Source of the DNA: Podarcis erhardii
Taxonomy: Eukaryota
Assembly (NCBI GenBank): GCA_964252035.1
Contig: OZ176201.1
Strand: one strand, 5' to 3'
Length of the DNA stretch: 64,000 bases
In this document: positions 25,656 through 38,194 of the stretch, piece by piece
Layout of the letters: every line of letters starts with the position of its first letter
How positions within the stretch are numbered: position 1 is the stretch's first letter
Made by a program: the position numbers and the translations under genes
The notes under the pieces: model-generated
The model's input: only the letters and a program-made list of their open reading frames with translations
Database searches by the model: none
Told to the model about the DNA's origin: nothing

Positions 25656-26621
25656 CTGTAAAGAGAAAAGAAAAGGAGGGAAATTAAAAAAAAATCATTG
25701 ATGTATTTCTCTGAAGTAACCCCCATTATGGAAGATGTACCACATTAGCCTCCATTGTATAGGCTGCCTTTGTCTCTTTGCCCTCAGTAACTTTAACAAC
25801 TCCTGTCTAACCACTAGTAGTAGCCCAGTCTCATGATTTACTTTGCCAGTGAATAAATACAAAAGCTTCAATCCTAGGCAGTGCAGGTGGAGAAAAAGCA
25901 CACGAACAGACAGAAATAGTTTCAAGAAAGTTTGCATTGTTACCAGTCACCTGGCTGAACAGTCAAAACCTGTTTTTGATGGAAAACTGGCTTCCCAATT
26001 CTACTGGGCAAACAGTTTTAGTAAAAAAGAAAAAAAGAGTATGCATTTAAAACTTTATAAACAGAGTACATAGTCTTGCCCTGTCAAGGACTGTCATATA
26101 TTGTTGCGCACTGTCTGCTGCACAAGCACAGTACCAGATTGTGCACAATACAAATTGTTGCATTATGCCCACAATGTTGCTATTCCCGAACAGTTCCACC
26201 TAGAACTCCAGGGCTATTCAATTTCCTCTGGTTTTGAGAGTTTCTATCCCCCTTCTAAGAGAAAAGCACATGGCCACTGAAATTCCATTCCAAAGTCAGA
26301 GTAATTCTAGATGAGGGATAGCCAATGTGGTGGTGCTGTCCAGATGTAGCAGAACCCCAACTCCCATCAACCCCAACCTGGTCAGGACTGATGGGAACAA
26401 CATCTGAAGAGCACCACGTTGGCTACCCTGCTCTGATTTATTTGTTTAATTTCTGCTTAGAAATACAGCAAATATGTTGTTCAGCCCACCACATTGCAAA
26501 CTGCTGTGGGTCACACAATACAGTCTACTTTGAAGTCCGCCCCCCTGAAAGTTAGTTCACCTTGAATGTCACTCAGTGACTTCCCTACAATGCCTCCTGT
26601 TCATGAGGAGCACTGATCCTA

Positions 26622-26760
26622 CCATAAATCATAGAGATGGAAGGGACCACAAGGGTAACCTAGTCCAACCCACTGAAGTGGAGGAATCTTTTGCCCAAAG
26701 TGGGGCCCAAGCCCACAATGCTGAGACTAAGAGTCTTGTGCTCTACTGACTGAGCTACCC
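26622..26760 (-). mobile_element. tRNA-head / CR1-tail SINE
   Basis: The minus strand begins GGGTAGCTCAGTCAGTAGAGCAC (tRNA-like A box) and ends in a CR1-like GGTCCCTTCCATCTCTATGAT tail. Confidence 0.7.
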
Positions 26761-27443
26761 TGGCAGTTATACATAATGTTGTCTTTATATTTCCTCCTGC
26801 TCCATCTGCTCCAACAATTTAAAAGCAATCCCATGTATTAATTTCCTTTTTCTATGGTTAAGGTGGATTGTTTCTGACCGTGCACAACCCCAGCCATTTT
26901 ACAATCCTACAGAGGGGAAGTTTCCTCTCTTACTCCTTTCTGCCACTGCTCATTGCATTGAGTTACGGGTTTGTTTTGAGGTGTATGCACACAGCTGTCA
27001 AAACATGTATTTAGCTTTAAAAAATAAAATAAAAATAAATCCCATGACTGAGAGGAAGAAGCATTCATGTCCTGCTTGTGGGCTTCCCATGCTGGTTGGC
27101 CATTGTGAGAACAGAGTGCTGGATTAGATGGGTCCTCCAGCAGCATTCTTCTTTGCTCCAAACATATGAAAGGCAGCATGTGAAGAATGAGGCTGAGCAG
27201 AGGATAAGCTAAACTAAACTGAGATTTGAGGAACTGTGATAAAGCATCTTGCCCAATCTGGAGATCCCCCAACCATTAGAATTAACATATGAATTAAATT
27301 CATAGTAAAGGTAGTGCTAAGCACAGAGAACACACACATAAGGGAGATATGTCAAAACAACAACAACAACACAGATTTCTCAAGGAAATTAGAAAATGAG
27401 GGCAACTCAGCAGAGGTCTTTATGATAAAGACACAAAGGTTAC

Positions 27444-27514
27444 CTGAGGCAGTGCTTGCATCACTGTGTCCAGCAGAGCTCTCATCCCTACAGCCATCTT
27501 CAGCAGTTTCAACA
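27444..27514 (-). CDS. CACNA1G: CACNA1G exon 30 (71 bp): (V)[23 protein letters not shown]
   Basis: Acceptor ttttctgcag|TG, donor CAG|gtaacc, phase 1 to 0. Confidence 0.96.
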
Positions 27515-28194
27515 CTGCAGAAAATGAAATGTCCTCTGCATTATTGTCACACAATCGGCATGTGAAAAGGAAATAAATATTTCAGAAAGCATATCAGGCT
27601 CCCCAAGTGATGTGGCAAGCATCCTTCACTAGAGGTGAAAATGCAAGGCCGCATTATAATGAAGTGCTCTGTTGTTGTCAGGATGTTCGTAACAAGTAGA
27701 AAAACCTGTGAACATCATGGCCATCTCCTTCACTCACTAAATTGGGTGCTGCTGACACTGTGGCAGGAATACAAGAGTGACCTTTTCTCCTGGTGGTGAC
27801 TACCGCTGCTGAGTAAAGTAAACTGGTTTGGAAAGGTCAGAAATCTATCTGATATACTGATGACAGAATTCAGCTTCAAGCTAAAGAATTAAGAAGCCAA
27901 GTGTATCCCCATTGATTTCTATCACAAGAAGATTGGATAAGAAATAACATGAACTCATAACCTTCAGAACTAAGCTAAGAACTAATGCCACCAGCTCCAG
28001 TCATTCTGTAACAAAACCCTTTAGTGCTTTGTTGCTTGGAGTTGGTACCACCACCCTACTGGGAATATAGATGGCAGAGGTTCATCTAGAGTGCCTGAAG
28101 ACCAAGCAATTCTGGTCCTTCTCTGTATGTAATGCCTGCCACACAACTAACTGGCCATAGCAGTGATGGAAAGCTACTTCTGAGTAAACACAAG

Positions 28195-28385
28195 ACTGTC
28201 AGTCTAGGACTAGAATGATCCATGTTCAACTCCCCCCCCCCCCCCAGTCACAGAGGCCACTTGGTGACCTTGGGCCAGCTGCACTCACTCTCTCAGCACA
28301 AAGTGTTGTTGCGTTGACAAAATTGGGGAGATTCAAACCTTGAACATCACATTGAACTCCTTGGGGGGTGGGGAGTGTGATATAA
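28195..28385 (+). mobile_element. MIR-like CORE-SINE, decayed
   Basis: GGTGACCTTGGGCCAG...CTCTCAGC core. Boundaries approximate. Confidence 0.4.
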
Positions 28386-28570
28386 CCCAACCCAAAACGA
28401 CTTGCAGGTAATAGCAGGACAAAGTGCATTGAGGTGTCTATTAGCTAGGCAGTTTATGATTGGAAGTATAGCTGTGCTGCATAGGAAACCTTACAATGCC
28501 GGGAATTAGCAGTTCCACTGGGAACAGAAACTGTGTGGCTGGAATGCCCCAGAAGTAAGGCGAGACTGAC

Positions 28571-28704
28571 CTCGAGCAATCCTCAGGACCCTCATGATGC
28601 GGATAATGGTGGGGTTGATAGGCAGTGAGGCATTCACCTCAATCTCTTCCAGCGTGATCCCCATGATGGACAACAGCACTATTGCCAGGTCTAATTGGTT
28701 CCAC
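28571..28704 (-). CDS. CACNA1G: CACNA1G exon 29 (134 bp): [44 protein letters not shown], domain IV S3-S4
   Basis: Acceptor tttcag|G, donor CGAG|gtcagt. Carries the RxxRxxRxxR voltage-sensor repeat. Confidence 0.97.
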
Positions 28705-28952
28705 CTGAAAGTGACACAAAAACCAAGCAGAAAAAACTGCTAAAATATTTGCAGTGGTGAAAAAAGGATTACAGTCATTTCAGTTATTCTGGAACTGACT
28801 CATGAACCAATGCACCACCTCAAGCAATTTTTGTGATGAAACACGTCAAACAATTTTTAAACCATTATATATACTATTATAGAGTTAGTCAAGTCTGGAT
28901 ATATCACTGACTAGAACAGAAAATGCAAAACCTAAAATTCTTTAGGACTTAC

Positions 28953-29062
28953 CTGTCTTGAAAGAACCGACGAAACCCAAATGCAATCAGCTTGAAAACA
29001 GATTCCATGACAAAGATGACCGTGAAGATGTAATTGCAAATCTTCAGAGCTTCATCAAGAAC
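28953..29062 (-). CDS. CACNA1G: CACNA1G exon 28 (110 bp): [36 protein letters not shown](R)
   Basis: Acceptor cattacag|GTT, donor AG|gtaagt. Domain IV S2. Confidence 0.97.
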
Positions 29063-31514
29063 CTGTAATGTGGAGACAACTCACACAGGTTATTGCAATA
29101 TCTTAAGGAGGATTTTGCTCCCTGCAGTTATTGGCCTTCCTGCTTTCAACAGGAGCCATTATTATTATTTTAATCTGAAAAGGCAAAATGAAGAAGGGGC
29201 AGGAACGCAGGCAATCACAACTCCTGCACAGTGTTAACATTTAAACTGCTGCTGGCTTTCCAAGTGGCAGTGACAAAACCAGGCTCTCCTATTTTTCATG
29301 AAACCTGTATAACAGAAATGATTTGCAGCTGGATAGGATTTCATACTGTTTCAGCTCAGATCCTGTACAGCTGGATTGATTTCATACTATTTCAGAGGAA
29401 GGCATCCTGGATCGTGGTATCAGTGCTGCACGAGAGAAAATGTGATTTTGTTCTTTGGAGCACATGCAGCGTTTCACATGTTGCATTATTTAACACATCT
29501 GAGGAATATACACTTCCATGCTTGCAACTGGAGATACGGATCTACACTGGGCAATATTTGATAATATAACATTATTTTGGGATTGTGACAAACATATCTA
29601 TAAGATATACAAAAACCATAAAATACAATTAAAACCAAAACCTTAGTACTAAGCCCTGCCCCCCCCCCCAGGTCACCTGCCATAGCCTCAGCTGACTTGA
29701 AAAGATCTGGGCTGGGAGTGGGCAGAATCTAGAACACAGTCCTGAAAGACAACCAGGAGGGCAGGCAGCAAGGCACATCAAAGGCACATGGAATTAAAGA
29801 AATGCGTAGCAAGACTGGCTGATAGAATTAATAAAACTAACTGTGTGAAAAGCAAAAGCTAATGTGCTCCTCTGGTTCATAATCAGTACATGCCACTGAG
29901 CAATGCTATAGTTCAGAACACATCTTAACATTAACATGAGGTAATTGGATCATATAACAAGCCTCCCACAGTATTTACAAGATGCTCCTGTCACGTGGGT
30001 CATGCACTGCCACCTTAAACATGGCGTTTTCTCCCGCTGATTTCTTTTTAATTGTTTCACATTACACATTTAAGTACTATTTAGCTACATTGGCTGATTC
30101 ACCTTTGCTTTCGTCTTGCATTTATTCCTTGGCTTTTCAAAGTAGTAGGGAACAAAAATAAGCAACGCTACGCTAATTGGCAGCCATTTCCATCGAGCTA
30201 TCATAAGCAAGTGATTTGGCAGATCATTGCAAGCGGTTTGCCATTATAATTTGAATGCGATCCTAAATACAGGAGTTTGGCATGCTAATATATCAGGGAC
30301 CTGCTGCCTTGCCAAAATGCTGACTCACCACAGCAGAAATAAAGAGAGGCAACTGGGTTTTGGTCCAGCTGCATATTAAATCCCTCAGGCTGCCGACAGA
30401 TCTAATGCAGTAAGATTTGAAAGATTTCAGGATTTGATCTATAGATCATTTATTATTAATATTATTATTCTCAGTTTCTTAAATAACCCCTCCTTTTCAG
30501 GGAATCTGCTGAAACATGGAATTAGTGTTTGTGTGTGAGAGAGAATTCCAAAGCCCAAGTGCCTTTTCCAGCTTTTTGGGGGGCAGAATTTGGTAGTCTC
30601 CTGTTAATGATACCAGCCATTTTGATATATCTTCATATCTTCTCTCTTATCTGCCACTTTACATGCAGACTGAACTGCCTACTTGTGTTATTGAGATCTT
30701 CCAATTCTAACTTAAGTGTTTAATTGTAGTTTTAAAATTGCTTTGATTTTATCATATTTTATTGTAGTTCCTGCAGCATTCATATTGTGCTCAGATTACC
30801 CAGATTCACCACCATTTCTGCCTAATGGTATTTTAGTTCCTTTGAGGGGGGATTAATTGGGCTTTTTTTCTTCTTTCACCACCACAGCTGGTTTTGCTCA
30901 TGTTAAAGGGGCATTCCCTCAAAGTGATACACAGAAGAGTAAAAGGCGGGCGATGCCTCCAGAACAAAACAGCATTAAATACTGTTCAAACTTCCCAGAA
31001 TGCAATAAGATACAATAAAACACAACCCCAACAGCAACTTCTCTTTTCAGTGAAAAGAGAAGTTTTCAGTATGCACCAAAAGCAGAAGTTCATTGGCACA
31101 TGCCCCATTTCAGGGGGAATGAGGGCTGCCATTCAAAGACATTTAGGGCTTTGAAAATCTAAAGCAGCACTTTGAAATGGAAATGCAGAAACTGACATCC
31201 AGCAAAGTTCCCTTATAATAATTTGGCTGCTCAGGCCGGAGATTCACTGGTATGCAGGGTAATCAGTGGAGGATGACTAAATTTTATGGCCTATTGCTAT
31301 AGTTAAAACTTATTCTGAGTTAAAAGAGATAAAACTGACAGCTCTGGAAGCCCCTTCCAGCCCTCTCATTTGCCTCTTCCAATCTCTTTGCATTAAAATC
31401 AATGCACCCTTCCCCTCTTTACTCATCGTCTTCTAAAATAAATGGCCTCAAACACTGTTTTGTTTCTCATGTTAGCGGAGGACATTTTGTGCTGCTTGAT
31501 TTTCTTTGCTCTCT

Positions 31515-31973
31515 CTTTTTTTAAAATAATACTTATTAAAAGTTTAAAGATTACAGAAAGAAGAAAAAAAAGATTTACAATACATAAAAAAAACAAAAAC
31601 AAGAAAACAATACTTCCAGAACAAAAATAAAAGCAAAAACAGTTGAAAACACATCCAATTTTTCCATTTCTTTGTCTTTCATTTACTTGTTTCATCGACC
31701 TCCTCACACCTCCCTTTTTTGTATTCTAGTTATTAATTATTTCAGCAAATCCATTCCATCTTTCTCTGTTTTCTGTCGTAAAATTATCTTAATTTATTTT
31801 AACCTTATCTTACCATTAATACCATAAAACTTATTAGTACTTAACTCCTTATATCATTTCTACTAAAGTCATGTAATTTCATTCCAACATTTTTCTAACA
31901 CTCATTAATTTTACAATATTTCTATAAATAACTTTTAAGCTCCCCCCCCCAATCTTCTTCCACCGTCTCTTCT
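31515..31973 (-). mobile_element. 5'-truncated L1-clade LINE (ORF2 end, 3'UTR, A tail)
   Basis: The minus strand begins with a decayed EEDWG...SYL.KYC, like the ORF2 end at 63970-64000, followed by a T-rich UTR and an A tail at 31515-31520. Flanked by 163-bp direct repeats. Confidence 0.7.
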
Positions 31974-32243
31974 CCCTTCCAGCCCTCTCATTTGCCTCTT
32001 CCAATCTCTTTGCATTAAAATCAATGCACCCTTCCCCTCTTTACTCATCATCTTCTAAAATAAATGGCCTCAAACACTGTTTTGTTTCTCATGTTAGCGG
32101 AGGACATTTTGTGCTGCTTGATTTTCTTTGCTCTCTTAGTCACCTTTCCACGAATTGCTCTGGGAGACCGTGATAAAATCTAAGGGCCAGATTCAACAAA
32201 CTTATTCCGCTAGTGGAAGCCAATGCAAGTACGCCCACTAGTG

Positions 32244-32379
32244 CAGGCATCCCCAAACTCGGCCCTCCAGAAGTTTTGGGACTACAACTCCCATCATCCC
32301 TAGCTAACAGGACCAGTGGTCAGGGATGATGGGAATTGTAGTCCCAAAACATCTGGAGGGCCAAGTTTGGGGATGCCTG
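32244..32379. mobile_element. 136-bp foldback hAT MITE
   Basis: TIR CAGGCATCCCCAAACT, near-palindromic body, perfect 8-bp TSD CACTAGTG. Confidence 0.88.
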
Positions 32380-32532
32380 CACTAGTGCAATGGGGCTCCC
32401 CCCTTCTCCTCCTTCAAATCCACTTAAAGGAGGGCCAAGAGAACACGCAGAACACCACATGGAAGGAGGAGAGGGGAGACTGTCAAACAAGCAAAATACA
32501 CTGATTTGGAGGGCGGCAGACATGCCTTCATT

Positions 32533-32637
32533 ACAGCAGAGGCTGGATGGCCAACCAACCAGGGATGCTGTATCTGCAGATTTCCTGCATTAGCAGAAGG
32601 TAAGGCTAGATGACCCGAGAGACCATCTACGATTCTA
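32533..32637 (+). mobile_element. CR1 LINE 3' end fragment
   Basis: CAGAGGCTGGATGGCCA...GATTTCCTGCATT...CTAGATGACCC...GATTCTA tail. Confidence 0.6.
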
Positions 32638-32852
32638 CAGTGGTACCTCGGGTTACGAACTTAATTTGTTCTGGACGTCCGTTCTTAACCTGAAACCATT
32701 CTTAACCTGAGGTACCACTTTAGCTAATGGGGCCGCCTCCTGCTGCTGCACAATTTCTGTTCTCATACTGAGGTAAAGTTCTTAACCTGAGGTACTACTT
32801 CCGGGTTAGCGGAGTCTGTAACCTGAAGCGTTTGTAACCCGAGGTACCACTG
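32638..32852. mobile_element. Tc1/mariner MITE, family A, inserted in a CR1-type tail
   Basis: Perfect TIRs CAGTGGTACCTCGGGTTAC...GTAACCCGAGGTACCACTG with TA flanks. Confidence 0.88.
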
Positions 32853-32884
32853 TATGTCTTCATTTATTTATTTATTTAACTAAT

Positions 32885-33110
32885 CAGTGGTACCTCAGGT
32901 TAAGAACTTAATTCGTTCTGGATGTCTGTTCTTAACTTGAAACTGTTCTTAACCTGAAGCACCACTTTAGCTAATGGGGCCTCATGCTGCTGCTGCGCCA
33001 CCGCTGCACGATTTCTGTTCTCATCCTGAAGCAAAGTTTTTAACCCAGGGTACTATTTCTGGGTTAGCGGAGTCTGTAACCTGAAGCGTATGTAACCCGA
33101 GGTACCACTG
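32885..33110. mobile_element. Tc1/mariner MITE, family A, second tandem copy
   Basis: Same TIRs and body, 32 bp after the previous copy. Right TA present, left TA not. Confidence 0.85.
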
Positions 33111-35797
33111 TATTCCCCTAAGCAGTTTACAAAACAGCTTTTGTGTCACATATGCGAATTGTTTCACAATGCACATGAACCACCCAAGAATTGCAAGGGT
33201 GTTTCTCTAGATCAACGTTCTTTCTCCAACGGGGTCAGTCAGGTGCATGTGGAAAGCTGAAAAAACAGGACATGGTTTGCTAGCTATTCCCTTGTATTTT
33301 GCTTCCGAAAAGGAGAACATGTAGGGAAGGAAGAAAAGAAAGCAGATAAGCTGTCAGAATAAACATTCACACACTTATGTGCTTGTGTGGCCTGTACAGT
33401 AAGAGCTAAAAAGAGATAAGAAGACAGTAATTGCTAAGAAAGCCATGTCCAAAAAGTTGGTGCCAAAACTGACTGCCATAGTGAACAGGAATGTCATGTT
33501 TCCTATAATGACACTTTAAGAAACATTTTTTTCCCCGGTACTTGCCGAGTTCTCTCTCTCTCTCTTTTTTTGAGTCCTTGCTACCAGGAAATGACAGAAA
33601 GAGCATCAGCGCAACTAAAAGGTCATTGGGTTTAGCCCTTCTTTGGGAAACTTTAAGTTGATGTGTGTGCTTTCCCTGCCACTGAATCTGACAAAATCAG
33701 TGCTCAGGAGTAGACAAAGCGTATAATCTCCACATCTCTGCCAATTTTATCTTGGCAGCAATTAAAAGTAAGGGGTAAAGCCTCTTTGTGATCTAGAAGG
33801 CCAGCTTCAGTATAGTTTTAAAAAAGATGAACAAAGCATCCCTTGGGAGAGAATTTCCCACAGAAATAAGTTTGCCAGGGAGAAAAAAAATCTAAGTGTC
33901 AGAAGACCCACAAACTGAGTCAACACTGATGCTTTTTTTTTTGAGGGAGTACTCAAGGGGACGCAGTACTGTTACCTCTTTTTTGTTGTTGTTAAAAAGT
34001 GTGCCACTTACTATAACAACTTCATGGTACATACTGACACCTATTTTTCTAGAAAGAAAAGCACTGTTAACGTTCCCCTTTGGTTGTTTGGATAGACACT
34101 GTATTGTAAGTGGATGACGTAACTGAAGATTTGGGAAACAAAGTTCATTATGTTCTTTCTCCGAATTGTAAAATGCAAGAGGGCCTGGGGTTTCTGTAAC
34201 TTACATACAGCTTTCAATGTTCAGAAACCTAGGAATGGCCAAATCGTCCATTTCAGGTTCTCCCAGTTTTAACATTCCCAGTCTTAAGTCCTCATGAAAA
34301 TTCACCAGCTTTCCAGTGTGTTTTTCCTAATATTTACATTTTTATACTGTTTTATTTATTTTCATGGGACAGAAGATAAATTTTGAGAAAACAATTGTTA
34401 TAACAGTAAACAACAAATAACTTGTCCTGATAAAATTACAGACTTTCCTCATGCCATGTGTTAAAGTTTCATTTGAGTACTCTAAGAGATCACGCCACTA
34501 ATATTTACATTTTTGTATGCAATTTTCTGCAATATGCCCGGTTTCCCCAGTTTCCCCTAATATAACACATTTTTGTATGTGATTTATGTAATGAATTTTC
34601 ATATGCTATCTTCACTAATATGTGGATTTCTCTCTGTACTTCCTCGTAATATGCACATCTTTTGGTTACAAAATTCAAAGATGGGTGAGTTCTGAAGGAT
34701 TTTGGTTCATCCATTGTTTCACGAAGTGTGAATTAGGCAGGCTCACATTAAATTTGTAAATTGAACCAAATTTCTCCCATATCCCTACTTTGAACTCCTT
34801 TGGTTTTATCCAAATTGGATGGCCCTTAATGGTGAACAGTTCTAATGAAAGCATGAGAGACAAGATGGAGCAATCCTGCCCCGCTCTATTGTACAAAGAA
34901 ACAGTTATAAACCATTGGCTTCCACCATAGCCTTAGGCATGATGATAAAGCACCTTGCAGTGGTTCTTAGAAACAGATCTAAATCCTACCATAGTAAAAA
35001 CAACTCTCAAGGAATGTCTGCCACTGAGTGCCTTCTGCAGCATCCAAAGAAAGCATCTCCCTGATTAGCACCTCTCATTCTAACAGGGGAATATAAAATT
35101 CAAAAGCCTGATGAAGATTATGAATTACTCTTTTGGAAATAAAAACAGGCAGTTCTTTCTGTATCTTCTGAAAAGCTACTTGACCTAGCAAAGAGGTAGT
35201 AAATAATTTCACATCTTGATTCAATTGAGAGATTGGGCCATATGCTCGCTTTCCAAACAATCTCTCTTGGCTTTGCAATGCAACAACAGCTAATGTTGCT
35301 TGATTAGAGGAAGGTCATAAAATCAGGGTGGTAATCAGCTATGTTTTACTCAGATCAGACATTAAAAACATGATTAAGTTAGGTCTATTAATTTCAGTGG
35401 GTTTACTCTGAGTAAAATCCTAGGGTAGGATTTGGTGTTGAGCACATACAGAAGTATTTCAGGAAGTACAACCCTGCTGCTGCTATCAACTCCAAAATGT
35501 ATGACTAATGCTATATGGGTACCTTAGGGAAGATACTTTGCACCTCAGCTAACACAGAGTTGCTTACTCGTTGGCTTATAACAAGAACACCCTGAGTGTT
35601 TTACTGAGTTAGCAGTAGTTGCAGCAAAAAATATAAATATTTTTGTTAAAGCCAATGCTATGGGCTGTAAAGATAATCCTTGTATGCAACTGCTTTATTT
35701 TGGTTTCTTTCTGTGTTGTTTATGATGATTTGAATGACTGCTATCAACCACGGTTCTTTAGCTGGTGCAAACACTACTCTCACTTAGTAAAAACTAG

Positions 35798-35982
35798 TTA
35801 CAGATAGGTAGCCGTGTTGGTCTGCCATGGTCAAAACAAAATAAAAAAATTCCTTCCAGTAGCACCTTAAAGACCAACTGAGTTAGTTCTAGGTATGAGC
35901 TTTCGTGTGCATGCACACGAAAGCTCATACCTAGAACTAACTCAGTTGGTCTTTAAGGTGCTACTGGAAGGAATTTTTTTAT
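35798..35982. mobile_element. Penelope-like element terminal fragment with fold-back duplication
   Basis: GTAGCCGTGTTGGTCTG...AGCACCTTAAAGACCAACT...GAGCTTTCGTG resembles recalled reptile Penelope/Poseidon pLTR ends. Flanked by the 14-bp direct repeat TTAGTAAAAACTAG. Confidence 0.75.
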
Positions 35983-36167
35983 TTAGTAAAAACTAGATCC
36001 CTATATTACCATCATCTCCCATTCAGCACGGTAGAATGGCCAATGCATATTTATTTCTGTTTCATTCTTGTTTTCCATGTTAATGGGTGCAATGCCAATT
36101 CCTTATCAAGGCTACAACAATGTTTGCAAACCACCCACAGCATCTACAAATACTTTTCTTGCCCTAC

Positions 36168-36319
36168 CTTTGGCTGCTGGTAGTGCTCCATAGCCATGGT
36201 GATGACATTGAGCCCAATCACACCTGTGATGAATAAATCCAGGTAATGGGTGGTGCACATTTGATGAATCAGAAGTCGGAAACGAGAGTAATCAGAGTAG
36301 TAGGGTTTACACTGTGCCT
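36168..36319 (-). CDS. CACNA1G: CACNA1G exon 27 (152 bp): (E)[50 protein letters not shown]
   Basis: Acceptor ttccttttcag|AG, donor AAG|gtaggg. [12 protein letters not shown] is the Cav3.1 form rather than Cav3.2/3.3. Domain IV S1. Confidence 0.97.
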
Positions 36320-38058
36320 CTGAAAAGGAAAAGAGTGGAGAAGCAGATCAGGTAATTTCTCCCTGTCTTAAGACCAGTTCAGCATTGGCTTTCAAACATC
36401 CAAATTGATACATTCAATCAAATTCATAATGATTAGGTTTTCAGCAACGAATGGGGTGTGGTCAAGGGGATTGTATGTTAACCATCATTAATGCATAGCA
36501 AGACTACAGGATCATCTATCTGTAGCAGCAGTTACAATAAAACATGCACAACAGCCAGGCTTTCAGGATTAGAGATAAGGTGAGTATGGCATGGAATCAT
36601 TTCAGGTTCCAACATAATGTTTAGTGTTCACTGTTTAAATATCTATTATTACACAACAACACTCTTAATTTATATAAAAGAAAGCAAGAACTTTCAATCA
36701 GAATTGCAAGTATGTGAGCTATAATTATAAGGCCTGTATTAACAGTGCATAAAAGCGTGCTTAAATGGGGCATTCAATCTCCACTGAAAAGGGAGCTTGG
36801 AAAAGACTTGAGGCAGGTTGGAAACAGTATGCAGTGGTTTTTGACAGAGAATAGCAAAGCACTGTAATTCGATATTTTAAGGGCTTCCCTCTATATTTTG
36901 AGAGTGTGCCTAAATGTGAAGGAAAGTTTGCTTGCCAATGGGATATGTGTTCTATCGCGATACAGTGCCCAGTTTACATTGGGCATGTAAAGCTTAACTA
37001 CTTAGATGTGAGTTCAGCATAATATATTATATAAGGGTGAGTGTTTAAAAAGGTAACATGGGAGTCCTCGTTATTACATATTTTACATGGCTGTTTATTT
37101 GTATATATTTTGAAATGTTATATATGAATGTTTTATGATGGCCTATATTTGTAATGCCTAAGAAAGGTTTGGTTAAGTAAGTAAGTAAGAAAGTAACATG
37201 GGTGTCCAGGCAGAGAGGATAGTATAAAAAGATACTAGTAGATACTGACTGGGCAAGCAATATACTGTGATGTAAGGGGAAAATGTAAAGAGGCAGTGGG
37301 GAAGAAAGTTAAAAGGGGAATAATGGACTGTTTGAAATAGCAGACATGAACTCATATAACTGCATTTTGAAATACAAGGTAGGGAAATGGAGGGCGGGGG
37401 AACAACCCCAAAGTTGTCAGAGCTATGAAAACAATTTATGAAATAATGCAAGTGATTGCTCAGTCAGAATTTCTGTCTCGGAAATAAATGATCTTCTCAT
37501 TTGTGTGTGATTGCCAAAGTGCAAATGTCCCTGTTAGTCTTCTATGTTTGGCTGCATCGGGGATGACACTTACTCTTCAGGCCTGAATGTTCCTGCAGAT
37601 AAACTCATTTACTCACCTAATCTCTAACGAGGAAATGCCAAGTCTGAGTCTATAATTCAGGGCAATTTTCAAAAAGGCATTATAATGTACCATAAAATGA
37701 AAAGGACTGTCTTGAAGATGTCAGAGTGTAATATTATGACCATAATTAGATGATCAACTGGTTATGAAAATTATTGAGCCAAGAGAATTGAATGGCGTGG
37801 TGTTTAGCTACTCTGAACACAAAAAAAGGGATTTCATATATTGGTCCGAACAGAAATTTGGGGAGGGTGAAGTATGAGTATTCGTGATCTTGAGGGAAAG
37901 CTAATTTTTAGATCACATTTTTTGCAGGGAGTATGTATACAATTTGATTCTCAGATAGTCAAAATTGCAATCTTCTTAGCCATTTATGCAGCTGGCCAGT
38001 CATTTTGTATGGTGGAGGTGCAGGCACATGCCTCTTCCCTTCACCCATGCACCTAAAG

Positions 38059-38194
38059 CAGGGTGTGGGGAATCTTTTGCTCTCCAGATGCTGCTGGATT
38101 CCAGCTCCCATCTGCCCCAGCTGGCACAGCCAATAGCTGCCTGTGGGAGTTGGAGTCTAACAACATCCAGAGGGACAGAGGTTAGCCACTCCTG
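38059..38194. mobile_element. 136-bp hAT MITE, older related family
   Basis: CAGGG...CCTG ends and perfect 8-bp TSD ACCTAAAG (38051-38058, 38195-38202). Confidence 0.75.

Noticed and set aside
26690-26760. tRNA gene
   Set aside because: The tRNA-like head is degenerate and fused to a CR1-type tail, so it is a SINE. The same applies at 44255.
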